Positions 49,745 through 58,002 of a stretch of 60,253 bases of DNA are shown here, piece after piece. The stretch is from Cytophagales bacterium. GTDB taxonomy: Bacteria > Bacteroidota > Bacteroidia > Cytophagales > Spirosomataceae. Where the stretch lies: contig JBBSSJ010000001.1 in the NCBI GenBank assembly GCA_038242095.1, positions 1-60,253 of the forward strand, in the 5' to 3' direction. Below the pieces are notes generated by a model. The model was given only the letters and a program-made list of their open reading frames with translations, was not told where the DNA came from and did no database searches. A program made the translations under genes and the position numbers. Numbering within the stretch: position 1 is the stretch's first letter; each line of letters starts with the position of its first letter.

Positions 49745-50986
49745 TCAGCGCTTCTTCTTTTTCTTTTTACGGCTGACCTGTTCTTCAACTTCCAGCATCA
49801 GGCCTTTCAAATCAAACGAAACGGTCGAGTCTTCCGTGAGGTCGATCATGGCTTCATAGTCCTCCCGGTCAATTTCCAGCACCGTCACCGGCCTTTCCAG
49901 GAAAGCCTCCATGGCGTCGAGTAGTGGCTGCTCCTCGGGGCTGCAAAAGGCAATGGCGCGTCCCTTATGGACGCCACGCCCGGTTCGGCCCACGCGGTGG
50001 ACGTACTTCTCGGTTTCCTCGGGCAAGTCGTAATTAATCACGAAATCTACCTGGGGGATGTCGATGCCGCGCGCGCTGACATCGGTGGCGATCATGACCT
50101 GGTTGTGCCCCTTCTTGAAATCCTGCATCGTTTTCAACCGGGCAGTCTGTTCCTTATCTCCGTGGATGGTTTGGCTCCCGATATTCATGCGGGCCAGGGC
50201 GGCCGCTACGCGTTCGGCCCGTACCTTGGTGCGCACGAAAACCAAAATTTTGGCGTCGGGGTGTTGGCGGATTAGGCGTTCGAGGAAAAAACGCTTGTCG
50301 TCCATTGCTACGTGCGCTACGGCGTGCGTGATATTTTTTGAAATGCGGTCTTTTGGCGCAATCTCGATGCGGATGGGTGTCTTGACGATCGTGTAAGCCA
50401 GCTTCTTGATTTTATCATCGATCGTGGCCGAAAAGAACAGGGTTTGGTGGCTTCGCTTGATTTTTTGCATCACATCCTCGATGTCTTTATAAAAACCCAG
50501 CGCCAGCATCTGATCGGCTTCGTCTAGAATCAGGATCTCGACCCGGCTGAGGTCGATGTATCCCTGGCTGCTAAGATCGAACATGCGGCCGGGCGTCGCT
50601 ATAAGAATATCGACACCATCTTCAAGGCGTTCAATTTGCTGGTCCTGGTCCACACCGCCAAATACGCACACGGTCTTGACGCGGGTATGATGGGCGATCT
50701 GATCGAATACTTCGGTGATTTGCAGCGCCAGTTCGCGGGTTGGGACCAGCACCACGCACCGGATCGGGGCGGAGCGGGCGCGTTGTTTAAGGTCGTGGAT
50801 CATACTCACGACCGGAATGGCAAAGGCCGCCGTTTTGCCCGTGCCTGTCTGAGCAATGGCGAGTACGTCCTCACCCTTTAAAATCGAGGGAATCGCCCGA
50901 AATTGGATGTCCGTCGGTCGTTTGAAACCCATCTTGCCGAGGTTTCTTTTTATTTCAAAGGAAATGGAGTAGTCGTCGAATTTCAT
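49745..50986 (-). CDS. DEAD-box RNA helicase (RhlE-like)
   Basis: AQTGTGKT, PTRELA, TPGR, DEAD, SAT, ARGID, HRVGRTGR. Confidence 0.96.
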   Translation of the reverse strand: MKFDDYSISFEIKRNLGKMGFKRPTDIQFRAIPSILKGEDVLAIAQTGTGKTAAFAIPVVSMIHDLKQRARSAPIRCVVLVPTRELALQITEVFDQIAHHTRVKTVCVFGGVDQDQQIERLEDGVDILIATPGRMFDLSSQGYIDLSRVEILILDEADQMLALGFYKDIEDVMQKIKRSHQTLFFSATIDDKIKKLAYTIVKTPIRIEIAPKDRISKNITHAVAHVAMDDKRFFLERLIRQHPDAKILVFVRTKVRAERVAAALARMNIGSQTIHGDKEQTARLKTMQDFKKGHNQVMIATDVSARGIDIPQVDFVINYDLPEETEKYVHRVGRTGRGVHKGRAIAFCSPEEQPLLDAMEAFLERPVTVLEIDREDYEAMIDLTEDSTVSFDLKGLMLEVEEQVSRKKKKKKR

Positions 50987-51100
50987 GGGTAGTGCTCCTG
51001 ATATTTTAGCGCAAAACTACTCAATTGAGCGCTAGGATTATAAATCCAAAATCAAGAACCCGATCTAGCGACAACTACACCCATTTTCTTTAAATAAATT

Positions 51101-51742
51101 TTACCGCGTTCTCAGCCTCCCGGTTCTGGTGCTATAGGTTCCAAAGGGAAAACTTACACCGAGGTTGACCCCAAAGTTTTGATTGTGGAGTTTTCGATTG
51201 TCCTGTTGCGCAATATCGACTAATCCTAACCCGTAGCGGACATCGGCATTGAGCCAAACTTTATTTTTTAGCCGAAAGTTTAGGCCAAAACCAGCGGTTA
51301 GGCCGGCATCGATGGCGCGTATCTGCTTATTGTTAACGTCGGCGTTCAAATTTTCACCCTGTTTGTTTCGGGCGTTGAGTAAAAAGTTGACGTGTGGACC
51401 GATGAATAGCTTGGGACGAACTTTCTGGCCATTCTTTCCCAGGAAGTAGGTCAATAGCACCGGCACCTGAATATAGTTCAACCGGGCGTAATCGATATTC
51501 GCCTCCGCGTTCGCCCCCAACTGAGTAAATAATACCTGTCCGCTGACCCCTAAGCCAGAATTTGAACTATAATTATAAAACCCGCCTACGGTGAAGCCGG
51601 GCTTCCATTGGGTAGGGCCAATATCGCCCCGAAGATTAGAAACAGAGACACCCGCGATGGGGCCGATGGAAATGTTTTCTTGAGCCAGTGCGCCGAATGA
51701 TACACCCAGCCATAATGCAACGATTACTTGTACTTTTTTCAT
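51101..51742 (-). CDS. Porin-family / PorT-like outer-membrane beta-barrel protein
   Basis: Signal peptide; LNYIQVPVLL, FIGP, DVRYGLGL. Confidence 0.88.
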   Translation of the reverse strand: MKKVQVIVALWLGVSFGALAQENISIGPIAGVSVSNLRGDIGPTQWKPGFTVGGFYNYSSNSGLGVSGQVLFTQLGANAEANIDYARLNYIQVPVLLTYFLGKNGQKVRPKLFIGPHVNFLLNARNKQGENLNADVNNKQIRAIDAGLTAGFGLNFRLKNKVWLNADVRYGLGLVDIAQQDNRKLHNQNFGVNLGVSFPFGTYSTRTGRLRTR

Positions 51743-51852
51743 AGATATTTAGAATCGAATTTGTGTGATTACGGCCAACTAAAAAAACTATACCTGTCAT
51801 GATGTAAGGATATCTTCACCCATGTTGGCTTTACTAAAATAAAAATCCCGCT

Positions 51853-52914
51853 ATGACGCTTATTCCTTCTCGTCGAAATTTTCTTAAAAACGCTACGCTT
51901 GTAGCTACAACGATTGTAGCCAAGCCATTCTACATCCTCAACGCCAGGCCAAAAAATAACGGTGAAATCATTGGCCAGGGCGACTTTAGGTACAAAGTAG
52001 CCCTGGGTTGGGGAAAGCTGGACGCTAGTAAATTTCCGGTGAATAACTGCCACGAAATGGTGCAGGACAGTCGGGGCCGACTCATTATGATCGGCGACGA
52101 AACCAAAAACAACATTTTGGTCTACGATCGCTCCGGCAAACTGCTCGATAGCTGGGGGCACGAATATCCCGGCGGCCACGGCCTCACGCTCTGGAACGCC
52201 AACGGCGAAGAGTTCCTTTTTATCTGCGATCCCAATTTGGGTAAAGTTTTCAAAACTACCATAGCGGGTAAAGTGCTGCTCACCATCGACCATCCTTCGA
52301 CGGTAGGTACCTATAAACCTGAGATGCCCTTCAAGCCTACTGAGACGGCCATCGGCCCCGACGGTACGATCTACGTGGCCGATGGCTACGGCTCGCAATG
52401 GATTCTACGCTACGCGATGGACGGAAAATTTATCGACAAGTTCGGCGGTCCCGGCGATGGCGATGCGCAATTCTCCACCGCCCACGGCGTTGCCATCGAC
52501 TACCGCGATAATGCCAACCCTACGTTGCTCATTACCTCGCGCGGACACAATGCCTTCAAACGTTTTACGCTGGACGGAAAGTATCTTTCCACCATCTTCC
52601 TGCCCGGTGCCTTCGTCTGCCGTCCGGTTTTTAAAGGGGATAATCTTTATTCCGGCGTGTGCTGGTCACGGTTGCGCTACCTCAACCAAACGCCCAACTC
52701 GGGCTTCGTTACGATTCTTGATAAGGACGACCGCGTCGTCTCCAATCCCGGCGGCACCGCGCCCGAATACCGGGATGGTTCGCTGCAACTCATAGTGCAG
52801 ACGTACCCGCAATTCATGCACTGCCACGACGTCTGCATCGACGGCGACGAGAACATTTACATCTGCCAGTGGAACGCTGACAATACTTATCCGGTGAAGC
52901 TGGAAAGAGTGTAA
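51853..52914 (+). CDS. Tat-exported NHL-repeat six-bladed beta-propeller (peptidylamidoglycolate-lyase-like)
   Basis: SRRNFLK Tat signal; GHGL, IYVADGYG, AHGVAID, HDVCID..NIYICQWN. Confidence 0.85.
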   Translation: MTLIPSRRNFLKNATLVATTIVAKPFYILNARPKNNGEIIGQGDFRYKVALGWGKLDASKFPVNNCHEMVQDSRGRLIMIGDETKNNILVYDRSGKLLDSWGHEYPGGHGLTLWNANGEEFLFICDPNLGKVFKTTIAGKVLLTIDHPSTVGTYKPEMPFKPTETAIGPDGTIYVADGYGSQWILRYAMDGKFIDKFGGPGDGDAQFSTAHGVAIDYRDNANPTLLITSRGHNAFKRFTLDGKYLSTIFLPGAFVCRPVFKGDNLYSGVCWSRLRYLNQTPNSGFVTILDKDDRVVSNPGGTAPEYRDGSLQLIVQTYPQFMHCHDVCIDGDENIYICQWNADNTYPVKLERV

Positions 52915-53019
52915 TTTAGGGTGAATTTCACGGTATTTTGATTTGCCCAGCGGTAATTAACCGCCGGGTTTTTCTGTGTTTGGAGCAAACTGGCGGATCC
53001 TTTCAGGGTAAAAGTGTTG

Positions 53020-53050
53020 ATTTCACCCACCATTGTGGTCATTTCACCCA
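53020..53050 (+). promoter_or_regulatory. LytTR-type operator: 10-bp direct repeat ATTTCACCCA, 11-bp spacer
   Basis: Identical copies at 53020-53029 and 53041-53050, about 30 bp upstream of a -7-like TACTTTCG (53081) and the LuxR gene. Confidence 0.7.
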
Positions 53051-53119
53051 GACGTATCATAATGGTACATACGCAAGGCCTACTTTCGGTGCATCAATCA
53101 CACTGAAACACTCTGCAAC

Positions 53120-53818
53120 ATGAAAAACGAAATGGAATCTAAATGGGCTTTGAAGAAGACGGACGCCACAGTACTGGTAGCCAAATCGGAGCCGCTCACC
53201 TGCGAGGTGCTGGATAACCTGCTCAAAAAAGAAGGCTTCAATGTCGTGGGTAGAGCCTCACAACTGGACGACCTCATCGCCAAAATTCAGACCAAGAAGC
53301 CCGGCTGCGTCATCGTGGAAGTCGGGATGCTGGGCGAGACTGCCAAGCTCATCAACGCCCTGGGCGAATTAAAGAAAAAGCCCAAAGTGGTGATGTACGT
53401 AAACACCCACGATCGGCAGGAGATCGCCAGGGTACTAGAGGCGAAGTTCAGCGCTTACCTGGACTCCAACGACGGGCTATCGGAACTTTACCGTTGTCTC
53501 AACTCGACGGGACAGGATAGTACCTATTACAGTACCAACTTCAAAGACTTAATCCACGAACTGGGCATCAAGGATGCCGATACCGAAACTTTAAATATTA
53601 TCAACACCATGACCAAGCGCGAACGAGAGGTACTATACTATTTGACCAAAGGATTAACGGGTAACGAAGTGGCGACTAAACTCAATATGAGTTATCGGAC
53701 GCTTTGCACTCATAAACAAAACATGACACAAAAATTTGGGCTCGACAGTGTTCGGCACCTGATGCGTCACGGCTTACGGATTAGGAGTTTCCTGATGGAC
53801 CCACAGGCGGCTCTTTGA
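53120..53818 (+). CDS. LuxR/NarL-family regulator with atypical receiver domain
   Basis: C-terminal TKREREVL…GLTGNEVA..LNMSYRTL..HKQN HTH; REC-like N-terminus lacks the canonical acidic residues. Confidence 0.9.
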   Translation: MKNEMESKWALKKTDATVLVAKSEPLTCEVLDNLLKKEGFNVVGRASQLDDLIAKIQTKKPGCVIVEVGMLGETAKLINALGELKKKPKVVMYVNTHDRQEIARVLEAKFSAYLDSNDGLSELYRCLNSTGQDSTYYSTNFKDLIHELGIKDADTETLNIINTMTKREREVLYYLTKGLTGNEVATKLNMSYRTLCTHKQNMTQKFGLDSVRHLMRHGLRIRSFLMDPQAAL

Positions 53819-54788
53819 CATTGAGGGCATCGCGTTCGACGGAATTTGCGAGGTTCTTTTCCAGGGATTCCTTCAGATTTTGCATCCGGGCGCGCGGCAT
53901 CACCAAATCCTTGCCCGCTAATTTCTGACTACGCAGGATGTACTTGCCCTTTTCCCAGTAGGCGTAGCTGTCGAAGTAGTCCAGGTTGAGGATGAAGTTG
54001 CGGTTGCCCCGGAAGAAGCGGTCAGGATCCAGCTCGTTCTCTAATTCGGCCAAAGATTTAGTAACAATGGACCGCCCCTTACTGTGTTCTACATAATAAA
54101 CTCCTTCTTCCGTCTCGAACAGATAACAATCTGCCACGTTCAGCAGCGTATCGCCGGCCTGGGTCTTGGCCTCAATCGTTTGGCTGTAATTGCGGGGCGC
54201 TCCCGAAGCGAATGAGGCAAAGGCACCAAGGACAGTAGCATTAGGTTCAGCCATTTTTTTAACATTTTGCAGAAAATCGACGATAAGGGAAACATTCAAC
54301 AGTACATAACCTAGAATTAATACGAAGGGCGTATAAGTCATATATCCGTCGTAGGTGTAGAGGAGATTCTGGTAATAGGTCTCGTACCGCTCAACGCTGA
54401 AATGGGAGAATTCACGGAGAAAAAATCTAACGTGCAGCGTAATTGGAATGAAAATAAAGTAAGCGGCAAAGAAAAGCGGCAGAAACTTTAATTCGTAGAA
54501 TATAATAGCACGGGTGTTTAAAGGCAGTTCATGCAAGTGAAACACCCGGTGATAATTGTCTATGAGTACAATAATTATAATCAACGTGATAAACTCGGGA
54601 AAGTAGAAACCGAATACCCAGTTGAACATATAGCTAAAAAAGCCCTCAGATTGCTTGTAAGAGTCTAGTTTGAGTTCTGGAGACATTCCCCAACTCAGTA
54701 GCTCAAATAGCAGCACACTAATAAGCAAAATAGTCAATACACTCCACGGTCTTCTCAAAAAAGCGCGTTTCAGATCGAGAGTTTTCAT
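53781..54788 (-). CDS. Membrane-anchored LytTR-domain regulator (about 4 TM + LytTR)
   Basis: Four hydrophobic segments, then KSLAELENELDPDRFFRGNRNFILNLD LytTR signature; no receiver domain. Confidence 0.9.
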   Translation of the reverse strand: MKTLDLKRAFLRRPWSVLTILLISVLLFELLSWGMSPELKLDSYKQSEGFFSYMFNWVFGFYFPEFITLIIIIVLIDNYHRVFHLHELPLNTRAIIFYELKFLPLFFAAYFIFIPITLHVRFFLREFSHFSVERYETYYQNLLYTYDGYMTYTPFVLILGYVLLNVSLIVDFLQNVKKMAEPNATVLGAFASFASGAPRNYSQTIEAKTQAGDTLLNVADCYLFETEEGVYYVEHSKGRSIVTKSLAELENELDPDRFFRGNRNFILNLDYFDSYAYWEKGKYILRSQKLAGKDLVMPRARMQNLKESLEKNLANSVERDALNVKEPPVGPSGNS

Positions 54789-54862
54789 ATATGTTTTCTG
54801 TATTTGGGTTTAGGCTTCCAGAGCCTTTCATTTTAATCCATACACAAATCAAACCAATATTT

Positions 54863-54884
54863 ATCTAGTCACTAATGACTAGAT
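54863..54884. promoter_or_regulatory. Perfect palindrome in the divergent promoter region (putative operator)
   Basis: ATCTAGTCA-CTAA-TGACTAGAT. Confidence 0.55.
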
Positions 54885-54936
54885 GCCGAGTAAAACATAG
54901 TCAAATGCGCGGATTTTCCTGCGGGTGGCAGGCCTT

Positions 54937-54944
54937 TACCTTTG
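54937..54944 (+). promoter_or_regulatory. Bacteroidota -7 promoter element for the peptide/acyltransferase pair
   Basis: TACCTTTG matches TAnnTTTG, about 100 bp upstream of ATG 55048. Confidence 0.6.
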
Positions 54945-55047
54945 TATCATAAGTTTTAGAAAAAGTAAAGACACTGCTTCTGAAACGAAACGCCGACCAG
55001 CGATTACGGGTCAAAAATACTAACGTGTAAAATCTGCCGTCCATCCT

Positions 55048-55224
55048 ATGAAAAATTTTGAAATCACCGCCAAAGGAAACATTACCAATTTCATCAAAGA
55101 GAATGCCATCAAAGCCAAGAATGAAGTGAGCAACGCTTTGTTCTTAGGTCCAGGTCGTGATGCCTCGTGCTTCTGGTCGGTAGCTGACCTCGAAATCTCC
55201 AAAGAGCTTTCAGTTAGTTTGTAA
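55048..55224 (+). CDS. 58-aa putative peptide precursor (AgrD-like / RiPP precursor)
   Basis: Below the ORF-track cutoff. MKNFEITAKGNITNFIKENAIKAKNEVSNALFLGPGRDASCFWSVADLEISKELSVSL; has an upstream promoter element and ends 34 bp before the acyltransferase. Confidence 0.75.
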   Translation: MKNFEITAKGNITNFIKENAIKAKNEVSNALFLGPGRDASCFWSVADLEISKELSVSL

Positions 55225-55258
55225 AAGTTAACATCACCCGCCAAATGTAAACATCTTA

Positions 55259-56371
55259 ATGAAAGCACAATCACTGAAATCGTACCAACGGGTAGCGAGC
55301 GAATGCATCGAAGCATTCGATAGGATTGACATGCGGCGGGAAGAGGGGTTCTGCGTCCGTTCGGGTTTGTTCTCGGCCAATCTAACGAATTTTCTCCCAC
55401 AACTACCGGAGCGTGAGCATGAAGAATTATATTCCAATCTGCTCCGGAACCTGTCGCTGGAAAAATTCGACCATAGGCTCATGCATCTTAGCGATGTGTC
55501 GGCAATCGAAGGAGACTGGTCGCTAATTAACAATCCCGATAAGCCGTTTATCTTCTGCACGTTCCACATTGGTTCTTACCGGCTGATCGCTAACGCGCTG
55601 ATTCGTAAAGGATACAACTTCTCCACTTTGGTACGGCAGGAAGTATTTGAGTCGCAAAGGGCGGAATTTAAGAATTATTGCGATGAGATGCACGATACCT
55701 TTCAGTCGAAAAGCGAAGTGAATATCCTCAACGCCGAAGATCCCCGTGTGCTGCTCAAAATGACGCGGGAGTTAAAGGCAGGCCGTTCCATTCTGGTTTA
55801 CATTGATGGCGACACTGGTTCGGGCGAAGACCATAAGACTACCGTTGATTTTCTGAATCAACAGGTCAGGGTAAGGAAAGGAATCCCCTACGCCAGTTTT
55901 CTAGCCGGGGTGCCCATTGTGCCCATCGTGCAGTACCGCAAGGAAAATTTGCAGAATGTGTTGCGGATTGGCAAGCCGATCGCTCTCGAAAACAACGAAG
56001 GCCGTGAGGAATTCTCGCAACGCGCATTGGATACGATCTATCGTTACTTCGGCCAGTACATCGAACTATACCCCGATCAATGGGAGGGATGGACATACAT
56101 TCATAATGCGATGGTCATCAAGCCCGAGGTGGTTAATGTCGACACGACTTGCGACCTGAAAAAGAAGAAAACGTTCCGCTTTAATCAAACGCGTTATCGG
56201 ATTTTTGAGTTGGAGAGCAATTTTCTACTTTTTGACCGGACTGCCTATGAAACCTTCGAAATTACCGCCGATATGAAAAGATACCTTTCATCGCCGGTGG
56301 TTAAGAACCCCATCAAGACGCTTGGCGAAAGCATTTTTGGCGAACTGCTCACCAGGGCAATCCTGGTTTGA
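55259..56371 (+). CDS. LpxL/LPLAT-superfamily acyltransferase with extra C-terminal domain (possible RRE/PqqD-like)
   Basis: IFCTFHIGSY, LKAGRSILVYIDGDTG, VDFLNQ, GVPIVPI, YPDQWEGW; C-terminal about 70 aa of strands then helices. Confidence 0.8.
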   Translation: MKAQSLKSYQRVASECIEAFDRIDMRREEGFCVRSGLFSANLTNFLPQLPEREHEELYSNLLRNLSLEKFDHRLMHLSDVSAIEGDWSLINNPDKPFIFCTFHIGSYRLIANALIRKGYNFSTLVRQEVFESQRAEFKNYCDEMHDTFQSKSEVNILNAEDPRVLLKMTRELKAGRSILVYIDGDTGSGEDHKTTVDFLNQQVRVRKGIPYASFLAGVPIVPIVQYRKENLQNVLRIGKPIALENNEGREEFSQRALDTIYRYFGQYIELYPDQWEGWTYIHNAMVIKPEVVNVDTTCDLKKKKTFRFNQTRYRIFELESNFLLFDRTAYETFEITADMKRYLSSPVVKNPIKTLGESIFGELLTRAILV

Positions 56372-56413
56372 TATACCAATATTAAAGAAGTTTTAGTGTG
56401 TGTATAGTATGGC

Positions 56414-56449
56414 AAAGCGCCCCTCCTCTGGAAGGGCGCTTTCTTTTTT
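56414..56449 (+). terminator. Rho-independent terminator
   Basis: AAAGCGCCC…GGGCGCTTT followed by CTTTTTT. Confidence 0.8.
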
Positions 56450-56477
56450 AGCGCCATGATGCAATACAAATAATACT

Positions 56478-57851
56478 CTAGACTTTCATCGGATCAGGAT
56501 GAAGGTAGCCGCCACGGTAGGTCCGCGCCAGCAAGCCATTTAGCTCCCGATCGCCGCCCACGATGCTGCGGGTTTTGGGATCATAGACAATTGGTTTGCC
56601 GGTGGCCATCGACATATTGGCCATGATGCAGCTGGCCGTGGAAATGTGACCGGTTTCGATATCGGCAATTGGGCGGCCGCCCTTCTCGATGGCAGCCAGG
56701 AAATCCAGCATGTGCAGCCGCGTAGCCGGGGCAGCATTCAATTCGTTTCGCTCCTCGGTAAGATCCTCGGGATATTTTTCTCTTTCGTAGATGACGTCCT
56801 TATGAATACGCTTGCCGTCTTTAGCTTCCGGAATAAAATCGTACTGCATCGTACTTCCCCACAGGGTACCCTTCTCGCCGTAAATCGTGAATGACCAGGG
56901 ATACTCCGGGTTATTGGGCGTCCCCCAGGTGCGGTGCTGCCACACGCAATTAAGGCCGGGGTATTCGAAAACGGCCGATTGCGTATCGGAAATATTGGAC
57001 TTAGCTTCCTTTTGTACATATATACCACCTTGGGATGATACCCGGGTGGGCCAGCCGAGGTCCAGCATCCAGCGCACCGTATCGAACATGTGAACGCACA
57101 TATCACCTGTGATGCCGTTGCCGTATTCCATAAAGGCCCGCCACCACCGAATGTGCGGCAGATTATCGTAGGGCCGTAATGGGGCCGGCCCGGTCCACAT
57201 GTCGTAATCCAAAAATGCCGGGACAGGCTTGACTGCCGGGTTCTCGTTGTTCCGCATGTGATAGTAGCAGCACATCTCGACGTGGGCGATTTTACCCAGT
57301 AGCCCGGCATCCACAATGTTTTTCTTGGCGTCGATGAGGTGCGGCGTGCTCTTGCGCTGCGTACCCACTTGCACAACTTTGTTGTATTTGCGAGCGGCGG
57401 CTACCATGGCCTCACCTTCCATAACGTCTACGCTGATGGGCTTCTGCACGTACACATGAGCCCCGGCCTTCACGGCGTCGATCATCTGAAGTGCGTGCCA
57501 ATGGTCGGGCGTACCGATCAGGACAATGTCCATCGGATTTTCGGCCAGCATCTTCTGGTAGTCGCCGTAGAGCCTGGGCGTCTTGCCCGACTTCTGCCGC
57601 TGGCTCACGAGCTTGCCGGCTTCAGCCAGTTGGTTCTTGTCGACATCACACAGCGCCACCACATCGACGTCAGTCACCTGAATGAGCTTGAACAAATCAC
57701 TCTTGCCGTACCAGCCTGTCCCGATCAATCCCACGCGGTAGGGTTTGGCAGGATTCACCAGGTCCATGCCGTACGCGCCGAAGGTACTGAGGGCCAAAGC
57801 GGCGGTTGAGCCTTGCAAAAATCGCCTGCGGTTGATATTGAAGTTATGCAT
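56478..57851 (-). CDS. Tat-exported Gfo/Idh/MocA oxidoreductase
   Basis: NRRRFLQ Tat signal; GLIGTGWYG, TPDHWHA, VYVQKP, QVGTQR, DMCVHMFD. Confidence 0.93.
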   Translation of the reverse strand: MHNFNINRRRFLQGSTAALALSTFGAYGMDLVNPAKPYRVGLIGTGWYGKSDLFKLIQVTDVDVVALCDVDKNQLAEAGKLVSQRQKSGKTPRLYGDYQKMLAENPMDIVLIGTPDHWHALQMIDAVKAGAHVYVQKPISVDVMEGEAMVAAARKYNKVVQVGTQRKSTPHLIDAKKNIVDAGLLGKIAHVEMCCYYHMRNNENPAVKPVPAFLDYDMWTGPAPLRPYDNLPHIRWWRAFMEYGNGITGDMCVHMFDTVRWMLDLGWPTRVSSQGGIYVQKEAKSNISDTQSAVFEYPGLNCVWQHRTWGTPNNPEYPWSFTIYGEKGTLWGSTMQYDFIPEAKDGKRIHKDVIYEREKYPEDLTEERNELNAAPATRLHMLDFLAAIEKGGRPIADIETGHISTASCIMANMSMATGKPIVYDPKTRSIVGGDRELNGLLARTYRGGYLHPDPMKV

Positions 57852-58002
57852 GAAGCAATAAAGAATTTAAGTTGAGAAAAGCAATTTGGCCGGGCACAAA
57901 AATGGCCTTACCAAACTAGAAAGCCTGGAATGGGCAATTATTACTATGAACGCCAGGAAAATTTTGCACCCACCTAATTAGTAAGATGAGGATCAAAAAA
58001 TC

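Noticed and set aside
51853-52914. PAL-like NHL protein as a maturase for the neighbouring peptide
   Set aside because: The peptide has no C-terminal Gly, no monooxygenase partner is present and luxR has its own promoter; only synteny data could revive this
55020-55400. 126-aa minus-strand ORF
   Set aside because: Antisense to the 58-aa peptide and the acyltransferase, with no recognisable motifs
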